NCBI GenBank assembly: GCA_050331235.1
Contig: JBHJHA010000030.1
Location: forward strand, 1 to 35,168
Source: Leptolyngbyaceae cyanobacterium
GTDB lineage: Bacteria; Cyanobacteriota; Cyanobacteriia; Phormidesmidales; Phormidesmidaceae
DNA: 35,168 nt
Direction: 5' to 3'
Of the stretch, positions 1-10,099 are shown piece after piece. Under the pieces are notes generated by a model. The model searched no databases and had not been told where the DNA came from. It saw only the letters and a list, made by a program, of their open reading frames with translations. A program made the translations under genes and the position numbers. Within the stretch, counting starts at the first letter, position 1; every line of letters begins with the position of its first letter.

Positions 1-21
1 GTCTTTCCCATCTTTTTTTTT

Positions 22-1131
22 GTGTGGCTCCTTATCCCCATAATTTACCTTTCCCCAACCCGGGGGGGGGCCCCCCGGGTTTATGCCGCCACTAAATTTT
101 TGATTTACACTGCGGCTTCAGGGGTGCTATTTCTAGGGGGATTTTTAGGCATTATTTGGCTCAGCGGTGCGAGCAGTTTTGATTATGACGCGACCCTAGC
201 CCAATCAATCCCGCTGCTAGAGCAGAGCGTCTTGCTAGGGGCCATCTTGGTGGGCTTCGGTATCAAGGTACCGCTATTCCCATTCCATACCTGGTTGCCC
301 GATGCCCATGTGGAGGCCTCAACCCCCGTGTCGGTGCTATTAGCGGGGGTGCTTTTGAAGCTTGGCACTTACGGCATGATCCGCTTTGGGCTACAGCTAC
401 TGACGGATGCTTGGGAACTGTTTGCGCCATGGCTAGCCGCGTGGGCTGTTGTAAGCGTGCTCTACGGTTCACTCGCGGCGATCGCCCAGACTGATATGAA
501 GAAGATGGTGGCTTACAGTTCCATTGGCCATATGGGCTATGTGCTGCTGGCGGCAGCAGCAGCCACACCTTTAGCAGTTTTGGGTACGGTCATGCAAATG
601 GTGAGCCATGGCTTGATTTCTGGCCTGCTGTTTTTGTTGGTCGGCATTGTTTATAAAAAAACGGGAACCCGGAATCTGACAGTGCTGCGGGGGTTGCTAA
701 ACCCGGAGCGGGGGCTCCCCATTGTGGGGAGCCTGATGATCATTGGCGTCATGGCCAGTGCAGGTATGCCCGGCATGGTGGGCTTTATCTCAGAGTTTGT
801 CGTCTTCCGCGGCAGCTTTTTGGCGTTCCCTGTGCCTACGCTCCTATGTATGGTGGGCTCAGGTCTCACCGCCGTATACTTTTTGCTGTTGGTGAATCGC
901 GCTTTTTTTGGTCGCTTAGCCGTGTCTTTCCCCAGCAATAGAGTCGAAGCGGATGTCATCTTGCCGCCAGTTGATTGGCGCGATCGCATTCCTGCCATGG
1001 TCTTGGCGCTCATCATCGTGGCCTTGGGACTACAGCCTAGCTGGCTATCCCGCTGGAGCGAAGCCAGCATGTTGGAATGGCACTCGCCTGCCGTCCAAAT
1101 TGCCCAGGAAATATCTGACACGTCTCATTAG
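22..1131 (+). CDS. ndhD4: NADH dehydrogenase subunit 4 (NuoM-like) of the NDH-1 CO2-uptake complex, 5'-truncated or low quality at window edge
   Basis: Hydrophobic NuoM motifs FGIKVPLFPFHTWLPDAHVEA, LLKLGTYG, DMKKMVAYSSIGHMG and GLLNPERGLP; lies directly upstream of cupB. The true start is probably outside the window. Confidence 0.88.
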   Translation: MWLLIPIIYLSPTRGGAPRVYAATKFLIYTAASGVLFLGGFLGIIWLSGASSFDYDATLAQSIPLLEQSVLLGAILVGFGIKVPLFPFHTWLPDAHVEASTPVSVLLAGVLLKLGTYGMIRFGLQLLTDAWELFAPWLAAWAVVSVLYGSLAAIAQTDMKKMVAYSSIGHMGYVLLAAAAATPLAVLGTVMQMVSHGLISGLLFLLVGIVYKKTGTRNLTVLRGLLNPERGLPIVGSLMIIGVMASAGMPGMVGFISEFVVFRGSFLAFPVPTLLCMVGSGLTAVYFLLLVNRAFFGRLAVSFPSNRVEADVILPPVDWRDRIPAMVLALIIVALGLQPSWLSRWSEASMLEWHSPAVQIAQEISDTSH

Positions 1132-1167
1132 AGCTGCCTCCATCGTCCTCGCACCGTTAGAAACCCC

Positions 1168-2313
1168 ATGACCAACACTCTGCCCTCGACTCCGAGTACT
1201 AAGCACCCGCTGCAGCCCTTTATTGAGCGGCTGCTACAGGCCGAAGCCCTGCTCCCTGATACCGAAACCAACCTTCTCGAAGTGGTCGGTATCCTCAAGA
1301 GCTATGGGATCGTTTTAGATGCCTATGCGGTCAACCTCAAGTACATCGCTAATCACCAGTTTTTGCTACTCTTTCCTTTTTTTAAGTATTTCAACGGTGA
1401 GATCACTTTCCAAAAGCTGCTCAGGCACTGGTGGCACGATCGCATCAACTACGAATATGCGGAATATTGCATGCGATCGATGCTGTGGCACGGCGGCGGA
1501 GGCCTAGATGCCTATCTCGATACGGCAGAGTTTAAGGAGGTCTGTGAGCAAGCCATTCAAGCCCGGCTGAAGGGCAACATTCTGATGCAGGGGCTTCATC
1601 GGTTGTTTCCCGAATTCCTGCCTGAACAGGTACGGCAGTCAGCGTACTACAGCGGCTTAGGACAGTTTTGGACGGTGATGAGCGAGATCTTTCTCACGCT
1701 GTCTGATCTCTATGATCAAGACCGTATCGCTTCGATTCCGGAAGTCGTTGCCCACGTCAAAGATGGACTAGTCGCGGCAGCGAGTCTACCGATTATCTAC
1801 AGCGTGGAGATCAAGGGCGATCGCTATGACTTGCTGCCCGAATCAGCCGGCCTGACCTTTTTGATGGATACGGCTGTCCCCTATGTGGAAGCCATTTTCT
1901 TTCGCGGTACGCCTTTCCTCGGTACCGTCTCCTACAATGCTCAGGTCCAGCAAATTTCGCCAAAACAGTCGCGATTTGCCTATGGAGCGCTTTATGCCGA
2001 TCCTGTCCCAGTGGGGGGCGCGGGAATTCCGCCAACCTTGCTAATGCAGGACATGCGCCACTTTTTGCCTGACTATTTAGTCCAATACTATCGTCAGGGA
2101 TTGCGTGGCGATGATGACGTGCGGGTTCAAATTACCCAAAGCTTCCAAAAATCAATGTTTTGCGTGACCTCAGCTGCCCTGCAGGGACTTCTTCCCCATG
2201 CTGCTGGTACCACTAATGTGGAAGAACAGGCTGCCAACCAAGCCTTTTTGTCGTCCTGGATGGATCGCCTCATGTCGTCACGGCTCGCTATTGTCAATTT
2301 GCCGAACCCGTAG
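1168..2313 (+). CDS. cupB: CO2 hydration protein CupB/ChpX
   Basis: WWHDRINYEYAEYCMRSMLWHGGGGLD, PFLGTVSYNAQ, YGALYADP and GIPPTLLMQDM motifs; 381 aa fits CupB better than the longer CupA. Confidence 0.92.
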   Translation: MTNTLPSTPSTKHPLQPFIERLLQAEALLPDTETNLLEVVGILKSYGIVLDAYAVNLKYIANHQFLLLFPFFKYFNGEITFQKLLRHWWHDRINYEYAEYCMRSMLWHGGGGLDAYLDTAEFKEVCEQAIQARLKGNILMQGLHRLFPEFLPEQVRQSAYYSGLGQFWTVMSEIFLTLSDLYDQDRIASIPEVVAHVKDGLVAAASLPIIYSVEIKGDRYDLLPESAGLTFLMDTAVPYVEAIFFRGTPFLGTVSYNAQVQQISPKQSRFAYGALYADPVPVGGAGIPPTLLMQDMRHFLPDYLVQYYRQGLRGDDDVRVQITQSFQKSMFCVTSAALQGLLPHAAGTTNVEEQAANQAFLSSWMDRLMSSRLAIVNLPNP

Positions 2314-2464
2314 TGTTTCACAGGCACCCAGGTTTATAGCGGATTTCTGAAAGGGTTGAAGAGGGGAATTAGCCAAGCCGATCACAGCACCTATGAACTA
2401 GCCAGTCCTAGAGCTGACGTTTGCAGAGGCATTCAACCTTTTAGCAGGGGCTGTGCTAGAGCGA

Positions 2465-4162
2465 TTAGTAAATTTGACTTGGCTGTTTCTCAATTTCGTG
2501 GCTTTGACTCGCCAACTGAGAGACCGATTTTTTGAGCGCTTGCAAACGATCTGAAAGGCGATTTTCGCGAGGCAATTGTTGAAAAACCTTTAGACAGCCT
2601 AACCGTCTTTCGACTTGGCCTTGAGCGCCAACAATAAAGACCGTCCTTTGCTTGGCTAGCGCGTCTTTGATCATAGTTTCGATCGCCAGCAGAGCCGTGA
2701 TGCCCAGTCGAGGCACATTGGCCAAATCCAAGATGAGGATCTCATAGTTTTCCACAATCAACATTTGACGCGAAATCGCTTTAGCAGCCCCAAAACTCAT
2801 TGGGCCACTGAGATGAAACATCAGAACGCTGCCTTTAGCGGCATCGAGCAATGACTGTTCCTCATAGCTCAGCCATTCTTCATTGTCTGGTTTGGTCACC
2901 ACTTTCATCTGCTGCACCTGGATATCCGTTAGGGATTTGATCGTGAGCAAGTTGGCTACAAAGACACCAACGGCGACCGCTGTGATCAGATCGACAAATA
3001 CCGTCAAGCCCAGCACCAAATACATGACGCCCGCCCCCTTGGTTGAGAGGCGATGGGCCCGCCGCAAAAAGCCCCAATCGATAATGTCGATCCCCACTTT
3101 GATTAAGATGCCAGCCAACACCGCATTGGGAATCGGGTCAGTGAGGACGCCTGCCTTCCAAACGATGATGGCCAAGAGCAGCGCATGAACCATGCCTGAA
3201 ATCGGCGTGCGCCCTCCAGTTTGGACATTGATTACCGTCCGCATCGTCGCACCGGCCCCAGGGAGTCCCCACACCAGCCCCGAGAGCATATTGCCGAGCC
3301 CTTGGCCGATCAACTCGCGATCAGAGTCGTGTTGAGTGCGCGTGATGTTGTCCGCAACTAGAGACGTAAGCAGTGAATCTAGCGCCCCGAGGGTGCCTAA
3401 CATGATGGAATAAACCAGCATATCTCTAAGGTTAGCGAGCTCCCAATAGGGTAGATGAAGGGTCGGTAACCCAGAGGGGATCTCGCCAATGTGCGGCACC
3501 TCATGGTTAGGAAATCCCCAAACTGATAGAGCTGTCCCGACTACTAAGGCAATGAGCGGAGCTGGGATAACGCGATTGACCCGAGCAGGGGCTGCAAACA
3601 CAATTAGCAATGTGAGTAGACCGAGGGTGGCCGCTACCGGATCGATACTGCTAAAAGCAGCCGGAATTTCTTTAAGGGAATTGACAACGCCTGCAGTGCC
3701 TGCATGGCCAACGAGTGGGCCAATTTGCAAGATAATAATGATCACGCCCACCCCAGACATAAATCCGGAGATGACGGTATAGGGGATCAGAGTAATGTAT
3801 TTGCCTAGCCGCAAGAGACCTAGCAAAATCTGAAATAGACCGCCCATGATGACGACGGTAAAGGCCATTGCTAAACCAGTTTCTGGATTACGACCGGCCA
3901 AGGATGTAAAGGTTGATGCCATGACCACGGTCATCGGACCCGTGGGGCCGGAAATCTGGGAAGGCGTTCCGCCTAGCATGGCTGCGACAAAGCCAACGCA
4001 AATGGCACCGTACAGGCCGGCACTAGGCCCTGCCCCGGAGGCGACCCCAAATGCCAGGGCCAGGGGGAGAGCAACGATCGCAGCGGTGACGCCGCCAAAA
4101 AAGTCGCCGCGTAGATTGTCAAACCGCAGACCATGGACTAAGCGCGTTGTCGTGGTTGACAT
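2465..4162 (-). CDS. bicA: SulP/SLC26 bicarbonate transporter BicA with STAS domain
   Basis: LRGDFFGGVTAAIVALPLALAFGVASG, SGPTGPMTVV and GAGATMRTVIN; C-terminal STAS (HLSGPMSFGAAKAI); adjacent to cupB. Confidence 0.88.
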   Translation of the reverse strand: MSTTTTRLVHGLRFDNLRGDFFGGVTAAIVALPLALAFGVASGAGPSAGLYGAICVGFVAAMLGGTPSQISGPTGPMTVVMASTFTSLAGRNPETGLAMAFTVVIMGGLFQILLGLLRLGKYITLIPYTVISGFMSGVGVIIIILQIGPLVGHAGTAGVVNSLKEIPAAFSSIDPVAATLGLLTLLIVFAAPARVNRVIPAPLIALVVGTALSVWGFPNHEVPHIGEIPSGLPTLHLPYWELANLRDMLVYSIMLGTLGALDSLLTSLVADNITRTQHDSDRELIGQGLGNMLSGLVWGLPGAGATMRTVINVQTGGRTPISGMVHALLLAIIVWKAGVLTDPIPNAVLAGILIKVGIDIIDWGFLRRAHRLSTKGAGVMYLVLGLTVFVDLITAVAVGVFVANLLTIKSLTDIQVQQMKVVTKPDNEEWLSYEEQSLLDAAKGSVLMFHLSGPMSFGAAKAISRQMLIVENYEILILDLANVPRLGITALLAIETMIKDALAKQRTVFIVGAQGQVERRLGCLKVFQQLPRENRLSDRLQALKKSVSQLASQSHEIEKQPSQIY

Positions 4163-5066
4163 AGGTGACTTTTAACTCCAGTAACGTTGATGGGTTGAAA
4201 GTAAACCGAAAAATCGACAGTGATCGGACTAAATAGACGCTGGTAATATTGGAGGGCTGAAAATTTGAATAGTATGGTCGAGCCCTTGACGCTTGGAGTG
4301 ACGTTGACAGTTGGGCGAACTGTGAGGATGGGGGCGACTGCTCCCGGCCCTAGAGCCGCGATCGCAATTGCAACTGGGACAGGGGCCATCACATCTCAGC
4401 CTTGCTCCCACGAGATAGTCCCAATAGACCACCATACCCAGATTGACACAGGTCTGGAAGCCGATTGAGAGGGTGGGAGGGTGTTAGGGCAAGTGTCGCC
4501 ATGATGTTTTTTCTGAGGCTACGCCTCGGTCAATCTTCGAAGCAGGACATTAACCGATACCTAATATGACTGCATCAAGCAATCCAGAAGTTGCCGCAGT
4601 TTTGCCCTTGCGATCAACGTTTTGTGGCGAATGATTGTATGAAGTTAGGTACGCAAACCGACCGCACTGCCGTCGAGATCGCGACATTAACTAGATAGCA
4701 TCTCAAATCAAGTTCGCAGAAGAGTTTGTATGAAGAGAAAGATCCCTAGGCACCAAACACCATCCCTGTAAACTTCAGTGTTTCACCTTAGTCGGAAGCT
4801 CGTGATGCTGCAACCTTCCTGTTAACGGATGGCGATATTGATGATTTTTGTGACAGAAGCCGCAACATTAGTACGGCCAAATGAAACTGACTGTAATAAA
4901 TTGCCTGCTGGGGCAGTCTGTCGGGCTTTGCAGAAGCTGCTGTCTCCCGTGTTGTAGCGTGAAATCTGACAGTGTCTTAGGCAAACGCTAGTCACCGTAG
5001 GAGCACCGGCAGCAGCTTAGTCAAAGCACAGGATTAAGGATCTTTGCCCCAATTGGATTGATATGA

Positions 5067-5351
5067 TTAGGTCTCTACGGTGACGCCACGCCAAAACGCA
5101 ACGTAGCCCTTGATATTGCTAGCCGCAGCTTTGGGATCTCGATAGACCCAAGCGGCATCAGCATTCGTTTGTCCGTTGACCTCGAGGGTGTAATAGGAGG
5201 CGGTGCCTTTCCACGGGCAAAATGTAGTTTTCTCGCTGGGCTGAAAGTAATCCATCTTGACGGAGTCGGGCGGAAAATATTGATTGCCTTCAACGACTTC
5301 GCAGCGATCGCTGTCAGCTAATACGACTCCATTCCAAACTGCTTTAGGCAT
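5067..5351 (-). CDS. DUF427 family protein
   Basis: MPKAVWNGVVLA...VEGNQYFPPDSV...CPWKGTASYY...AAWVY; start placed at ATG 5351. Confidence 0.9.
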   Translation of the reverse strand: MPKAVWNGVVLADSDRCEVVEGNQYFPPDSVKMDYFQPSEKTTFCPWKGTASYYTLEVNGQTNADAAWVYRDPKAAASNIKGYVAFWRGVTVET

Positions 5352-5620
5352 GTGGTCGTCACTCCACTGTATTAACGCCTTCAGCATAAAGCCTGACGTT
5401 AAAAAACGGGCACCTAATTCTCGACAAACGCTATCGGTGGATAACGCTAAGCCCAGCATTCTGTGCCCGCCTATTAGACAATCAGCCAGCTTACTGATTG
5501 ATTCCAGTCAACCCTTATTTTGACTAATATTTAGCCTCGCAAGCAAGGGGATGTGATGAGCCTTCACAGAATCGTAGTGTACGATTGACCGCAAGCCCAC
5601 TTTGTTGTGAGTTGCGTACC

Positions 5621-7594
5621 ATGAGTGCAATTTCTCCTCAAGTCCTCAGTCAGTTAGACCGGCGTGATCAAGCTGGGATCGCTCAGCAGCAGGACTATCA
5701 GCAAGTCCAATCGATTCCTGAAATTTGGCCCTTAGCAGCTGAACGCTATGGAACTCAGCTAGCAATGGATGATCCCCACCACGAGCCCAGTACTCAACTC
5801 ACCTATCAAGCACTGTGGGCCGCCATTCAACGCTTCGCTGCTGGACTGCAGGCACTCGGTATGTCCCCACAGACTCGGGTAGCCTTATTTGCCGACAATA
5901 GTCACCGCTGGTTCATTGCCGACCAGGGCATTATGGCCGCTGGCGGTATCGATGCCGTGCGCAGTGCCCAAGCCGAGACTGAAGAACTGCGTTACATCGC
6001 TGAGCACAGCGACAGCGCTGTCTTAGTCGTGGAAAATCTCAAACTGTGGCACCGGCTAAGCGATCGCTGCCAAGATTTACCTCTGCAGTTCGGGGTTTTG
6101 CTCTCAGATGAGCCGGTTCCTGACCATACTCCTTTCAAAATGATCAACTATGGTCAGCTCCTAGATATTGGCCAGCAAAATTCTTGGCAGCCGGTGGCCG
6201 CCGAATTGGATAGTTTGGCGACTCTGATCTACACTTCCGGAACAACCGGTAAGCCCAAAGGCGTGATGATTACCCATGCCAATTTACTCCATCAAGTTAC
6301 GACTCTAGGGGCCGTTGTTCAGCCGCAACCGGGCGATCGCGTCCTGGGGTTATTACCGACCTGGCACACCTTTGGTCGCACGGCGGAATATTTCTTGTAC
6401 TCCCAAGGCTGCACGCAGACTTACACCAGCATTCGCCATGTCAAAGCTGACTTCAAAGCCAGCAAGCCTCAATATATGGTGGGCGTACCCAGAATCTGGG
6501 AGTCGATTTACGAAGGTGCGCAAAAACAGTTTCGGGAGCAGCCGTCCAGCAAGCAAAAGCTGGTAAATACCTTGCTCTGGTGCAGTCAAAAGTACGTCCA
6601 AAATCGTCGCACGGCCAATGGCCTCAGTTTGGATCATCTCCATGCTTCCCCCCTCCGACGCCTGGGCTCACGGGTGTTGCAGGGGGTGGCTTGGCCCTTT
6701 CACCAATTGGGCGAAAAGCTGGTCTACAGCAAGGTGCGCGAAGCAACTGGTGGTCAGGTAAAACAGTTGATCAGCGGTGGCGGTTCCTTGGCCCGCCATA
6801 TTGATTTGTTTTTTGAAATTATTGATGTACCGATTTTGGTCGGCTATGGATTGACCGAAACGTCGCCCGTGGTCTCGGCTCGGCGGATTTGGCATAACCT
6901 GCGCGGAGCCTCGGGGCAGCCCATTCCCCAGACGGAGTTTAAGATTGTCGATCCGGAGACTAAATCGCCACTGCCTCTGGAGCACAAAGGCCTCGTCTTA
7001 GTACGAGGACCGCAAATTATGGCGGGATACTATAAAAATCCAGAGGCGACGCAAAAGGCGATTGATGCCGATGGCTGGTTTGACACAGGCGATCTGGGAT
7101 ATCTCACCCCCGATAACAACATCGTGCTAACGGGCCGGGCCAAAGACACAATCGTGCTCACCAATGGAGAAAATATCGAACCTCAGCCCATTGAGGACGT
7201 TTGTGTTCAGAGTCCCTACATTGACCAGATGATGCTGGTAGGGCAGGACCAGCGATCGCTCGGGGCCCTGATCGTCCCCAATTTGGATGCGCTACAGCAA
7301 TGGGCGGGATCGCAGTCGCTGTTCCTCGCAGTGCCTAGCCAAGGTGAGGAAAACGTCAAAGGTTGGCCCGCCATCACCTTAGAAGACGATCGCATTCAAA
7401 AGCTCTACCGAGAAGAACTCAATCGCCGCGTCAAAGACCGACCGGGTTACCGAGCCGATGACCGTATCGGCCCCTTCCGCCTAATTGACACGCCCTTCTC
7501 CATTGAAGGGGGCACCCTCACCCAAACCCTAAAAATTAAGCGGCCCGTAGTGACCGCTCGCTATCGCGATATGATTGACGGGATGTTTGCCTAG
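5621..7594 (+). CDS. aas: AMP-dependent long-chain acyl-ACP/CoA synthetase
   Basis: LIYTSGTTGKPKGVM, GYGLTETSP, WFDTGDLG and GRAKDTIVLTNGENIEP; followed by YlqD as in other cyanobacteria. Confidence 0.9.
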   Translation: MSAISPQVLSQLDRRDQAGIAQQQDYQQVQSIPEIWPLAAERYGTQLAMDDPHHEPSTQLTYQALWAAIQRFAAGLQALGMSPQTRVALFADNSHRWFIADQGIMAAGGIDAVRSAQAETEELRYIAEHSDSAVLVVENLKLWHRLSDRCQDLPLQFGVLLSDEPVPDHTPFKMINYGQLLDIGQQNSWQPVAAELDSLATLIYTSGTTGKPKGVMITHANLLHQVTTLGAVVQPQPGDRVLGLLPTWHTFGRTAEYFLYSQGCTQTYTSIRHVKADFKASKPQYMVGVPRIWESIYEGAQKQFREQPSSKQKLVNTLLWCSQKYVQNRRTANGLSLDHLHASPLRRLGSRVLQGVAWPFHQLGEKLVYSKVREATGGQVKQLISGGGSLARHIDLFFEIIDVPILVGYGLTETSPVVSARRIWHNLRGASGQPIPQTEFKIVDPETKSPLPLEHKGLVLVRGPQIMAGYYKNPEATQKAIDADGWFDTGDLGYLTPDNNIVLTGRAKDTIVLTNGENIEPQPIEDVCVQSPYIDQMMLVGQDQRSLGALIVPNLDALQQWAGSQSLFLAVPSQGEENVKGWPAITLEDDRIQKLYREELNRRVKDRPGYRADDRIGPFRLIDTPFSIEGGTLTQTLKIKRPVVTARYRDMIDGMFA

Positions 7595-7718
7595 ACGCCC
7601 GTCTGCACGTAAATTTCTGCCGAAGTTTAATGGACAGCGCTTGCGTTTAGCTCCATCCTCTGCCAGCGTTTTGGTAGTGCATTTTTGAGTCCCCGACAAC
7701 TAGCCAGAGTGTATAGAC

Positions 7719-8156
7719 GTGTCTCAACTACAGCTTAAACGCAACATTACAATCAAAGCGATCGTGACTCCTCTATGGAAAGAGGAAGCTCAAAAACAAC
7801 TACAAAATCAAATTAATCAAGTTGACAGCCGCCTGCAGCAGCTTGAAATGCAGGGCCAGCGAGTGGTTTCAGAGGTTCAAAAGCAAAATGCTAACCCCGA
7901 TGACCCAGCGGTCAAGCAGCAGATTTCCTCAGTGCAAAATAAGCTCAACCAAGACAAAAGCAAGCTCCTGCAACAAAAGAATCAGTTTTTGCAGCAGCTC
8001 CAAACGGTGCAAACCTTAGAACTGGACAAAGAAGTCAACCAGGGGCAAGTGGAGAGCTTCTTTACCGTGAGTCAGGGCGATAACCTGGTTAAAAAAATGC
8101 AGATTGAAATTTTGCTGCGTGACGGCGTCATCGAAGATATTCGCGGCGAACTGTAG
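7719..8156 (+). CDS. YlqD family protein
   Basis: LKRNITIKAIVTPLWKEE, central coiled coil, and C-terminal QGQVESFF...GDNLVKKMQIEILLRDGVIEDIRG. Confidence 0.88.
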   Translation: MSQLQLKRNITIKAIVTPLWKEEAQKQLQNQINQVDSRLQQLEMQGQRVVSEVQKQNANPDDPAVKQQISSVQNKLNQDKSKLLQQKNQFLQQLQTVQTLELDKEVNQGQVESFFTVSQGDNLVKKMQIEILLRDGVIEDIRGEL

Positions 8157-8191
8157 GCGATCGCGCCTACCCCAGATTCATCACGTATCCT

Positions 8192-8229
8192 AAACCCCTG
8201 ATGTTTTCGATTTGAGGCATGAGGGGTTT
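8192..8229 (+). terminator. Probable intrinsic terminator hairpin after aas-ylqD
   Basis: AAACCCCT (8192-8199) is complementary to AGGGGTTT (8222-8229), with further inner pairing. Confidence 0.55.
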
Positions 8230-8578
8230 GGTCTATCAATAGGGACAGCCAGAATTTCTATACGCCGTGTTTACCCCTTGGGCAACGGCGTCAATGGATG
8301 TCTTCGGATGAACTAGCCCATGGACAACTGGATATAAATGAGCGAGGGTTGGTATGGAAAAGTCTCAGGCCTCGAGAATTCCCCCGGTGGGGCCAGACAG
8401 TGAAACGGCGTGGCCTTGGATAATTGGCAAACTTAGATAGAGTGTTAGGGATTGCAGCTCTCTAGTGAAGTTAGGACCGTGATCGGAGGCAATTTATTTA
8501 TGCGGATACGTTGATCGGGGCACACTGGATAACAAGCTGCGTCAAGCTGAACTGAAATGGGTCACTATTGTTAACTAG

Positions 8579-10045
8579 ATGGTTAATCGGGTTTTACTAA
8601 TTGCATTCATCGCGATCTCGACTGGTGGAGAGGCCAGTGCGATCGCCCGTGAACCCGTGCGAACAGTTTCGGAGCAGCCGGCACTCACCTCAGAAACCCT
8701 GATTAGTCAGGCAAGCGGCTCTGACTCAGATGCATCAGCCCCTTCACCGGCTATTCAGGCCCTACAAAATCGCTTGACAGAGCTGGGCTATTACGAAGGG
8801 CCGATTGATGGCGTATTTAGCCAAGAGACGCGAGGTGCCCTTGCCAGCTTTCAGCAAGAACAAGGGTTAGTCGGCACTGGTATCCTTGATCCCCTGACGC
8901 AGCAGCGGTTGTCTAATCCCGATGCTCCCCCGCCAGATGAGGCCGAGGCCCCAGCAGAGTCTGATGACGCCGAAGCCGAGTCGCCTTTTTCCGATTTGCC
9001 CCCGGTTTCTGAAGGTGGAGAAGTTGACGTCCCGGGTGTAGGCGGAGAGGCTGAAGCTGATAGTGCCAGTGAAGAGGCGGAGGCCGCGACAGGGGATGAG
9101 CCCGAATCTAGCACTGACCCCGAAGCAGCGACCGCTGAAGCCCCCAGTGGCGATCCTGACTCTGCACCAGATGGCGCAGGGGATGAGTCGGCAGCCACCA
9201 CAGAGAGCCGCGGCATTGGTCGGCTGTTGATTTTAGGGGTACTGCTCTTAATCTTAGGGGCAATGGCCACGGGCATTTTGCTGTGGCTGTCGAAAAAAAG
9301 GCGGCAACCAGATTCTCTCATCAGCGAAGATGAGACAGATGCCGAAGATCCCTCATCTGTCGCCGCGCAGGATGCTGAAATTGCCGATTTAGTGTCATCG
9401 GTGCGGTGTTCCTCGTCTCAGCCACCACCGCCACCTCGGGCACAGACAGCAACCCACAATGGTCAACAGACTCCCGCTTCTAGTACACCGACGACATCGC
9501 TGGATGTTCACCACCAGTCTTTAGCTATCAATAATCCGACAGAAGCGAGAGTCGCCAGAGTCAATATCATTGACGAGCTGATTCAAGATTTACAGAAGCC
9601 AGACACCGATATTCGCCACAAGGCCATTTGGGAACTGGGCCAGCGCGGCAATTCAGCAGCGGTACAGCCGTTGGTTAATTTGCTGGCAGAAGCGGACTCC
9701 CAGGAACAGAGCTTGGTGCTGGCCGCCTTAGCAGAAATTAGCAGCCAAACTTTGAAACCGATGAATCGCGCCGTGGCGATCGCCCTACAAAATGAAAATG
9801 CGGAAGTCCGTAAGAACGCGATTCGAGATTTGGCCCGGATTTATGATTCGCTCAATCAAGCTGGGCGCATGCTAGGCCATGCGTCGATGGATGAAGATGC
9901 CGACGTGCGGCAGACGGCGAACTGGGCGCTAGATCAGCTCAACAAAACCCGACTGAGTGCTACGGATACGGCAAGTTTGTTGCAAGATAGTAAAGCTAGA
10001 GACCAGCTCACCGATGATGGGTCGTCTGCTCACCCAGCTAACTAG
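8579..10045 (+). CDS. Membrane protein: signal peptide, PG_binding_1 domain, acidic linker, TM helix, C-terminal HEAT repeats
   Basis: LQNRLTELGYYEGPIDGVF...TRGALASFQQEQGL..TGILDPLT (PG-binding); TM helix LLILGVLLLILGAMATGILLWL followed by KKRR; HEAT-like RHKAIWELGQRG and VRKNAIRDL. Confidence 0.82.
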   Translation: MVNRVLLIAFIAISTGGEASAIAREPVRTVSEQPALTSETLISQASGSDSDASAPSPAIQALQNRLTELGYYEGPIDGVFSQETRGALASFQQEQGLVGTGILDPLTQQRLSNPDAPPPDEAEAPAESDDAEAESPFSDLPPVSEGGEVDVPGVGGEAEADSASEEAEAATGDEPESSTDPEAATAEAPSGDPDSAPDGAGDESAATTESRGIGRLLILGVLLLILGAMATGILLWLSKKRRQPDSLISEDETDAEDPSSVAAQDAEIADLVSSVRCSSSQPPPPPRAQTATHNGQQTPASSTPTTSLDVHHQSLAINNPTEARVARVNIIDELIQDLQKPDTDIRHKAIWELGQRGNSAAVQPLVNLLAEADSQEQSLVLAALAEISSQTLKPMNRAVAIALQNENAEVRKNAIRDLARIYDSLNQAGRMLGHASMDEDADVRQTANWALDQLNKTRLSATDTASLLQDSKARDQLTDDGSSAHPAN

Positions 10046-10099
10046 CCTCTCTTGATGAGGTTGAAGCGCTGCTGGCGATCGCCCATCAGACCGATTGCC

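Noticed and set aside
1..80. Unusual N-terminus of NdhD4 with poly-T, poly-G and poly-C runs
   Set aside because: Looks like low-quality edge sequence; the gene probably starts outside the window.
4138..4468. Three overlapping short ORFs upstream of bicA, one Cys-rich
   Set aside because: Mutually overlapping, with no recognisable domain or convincing RBS.
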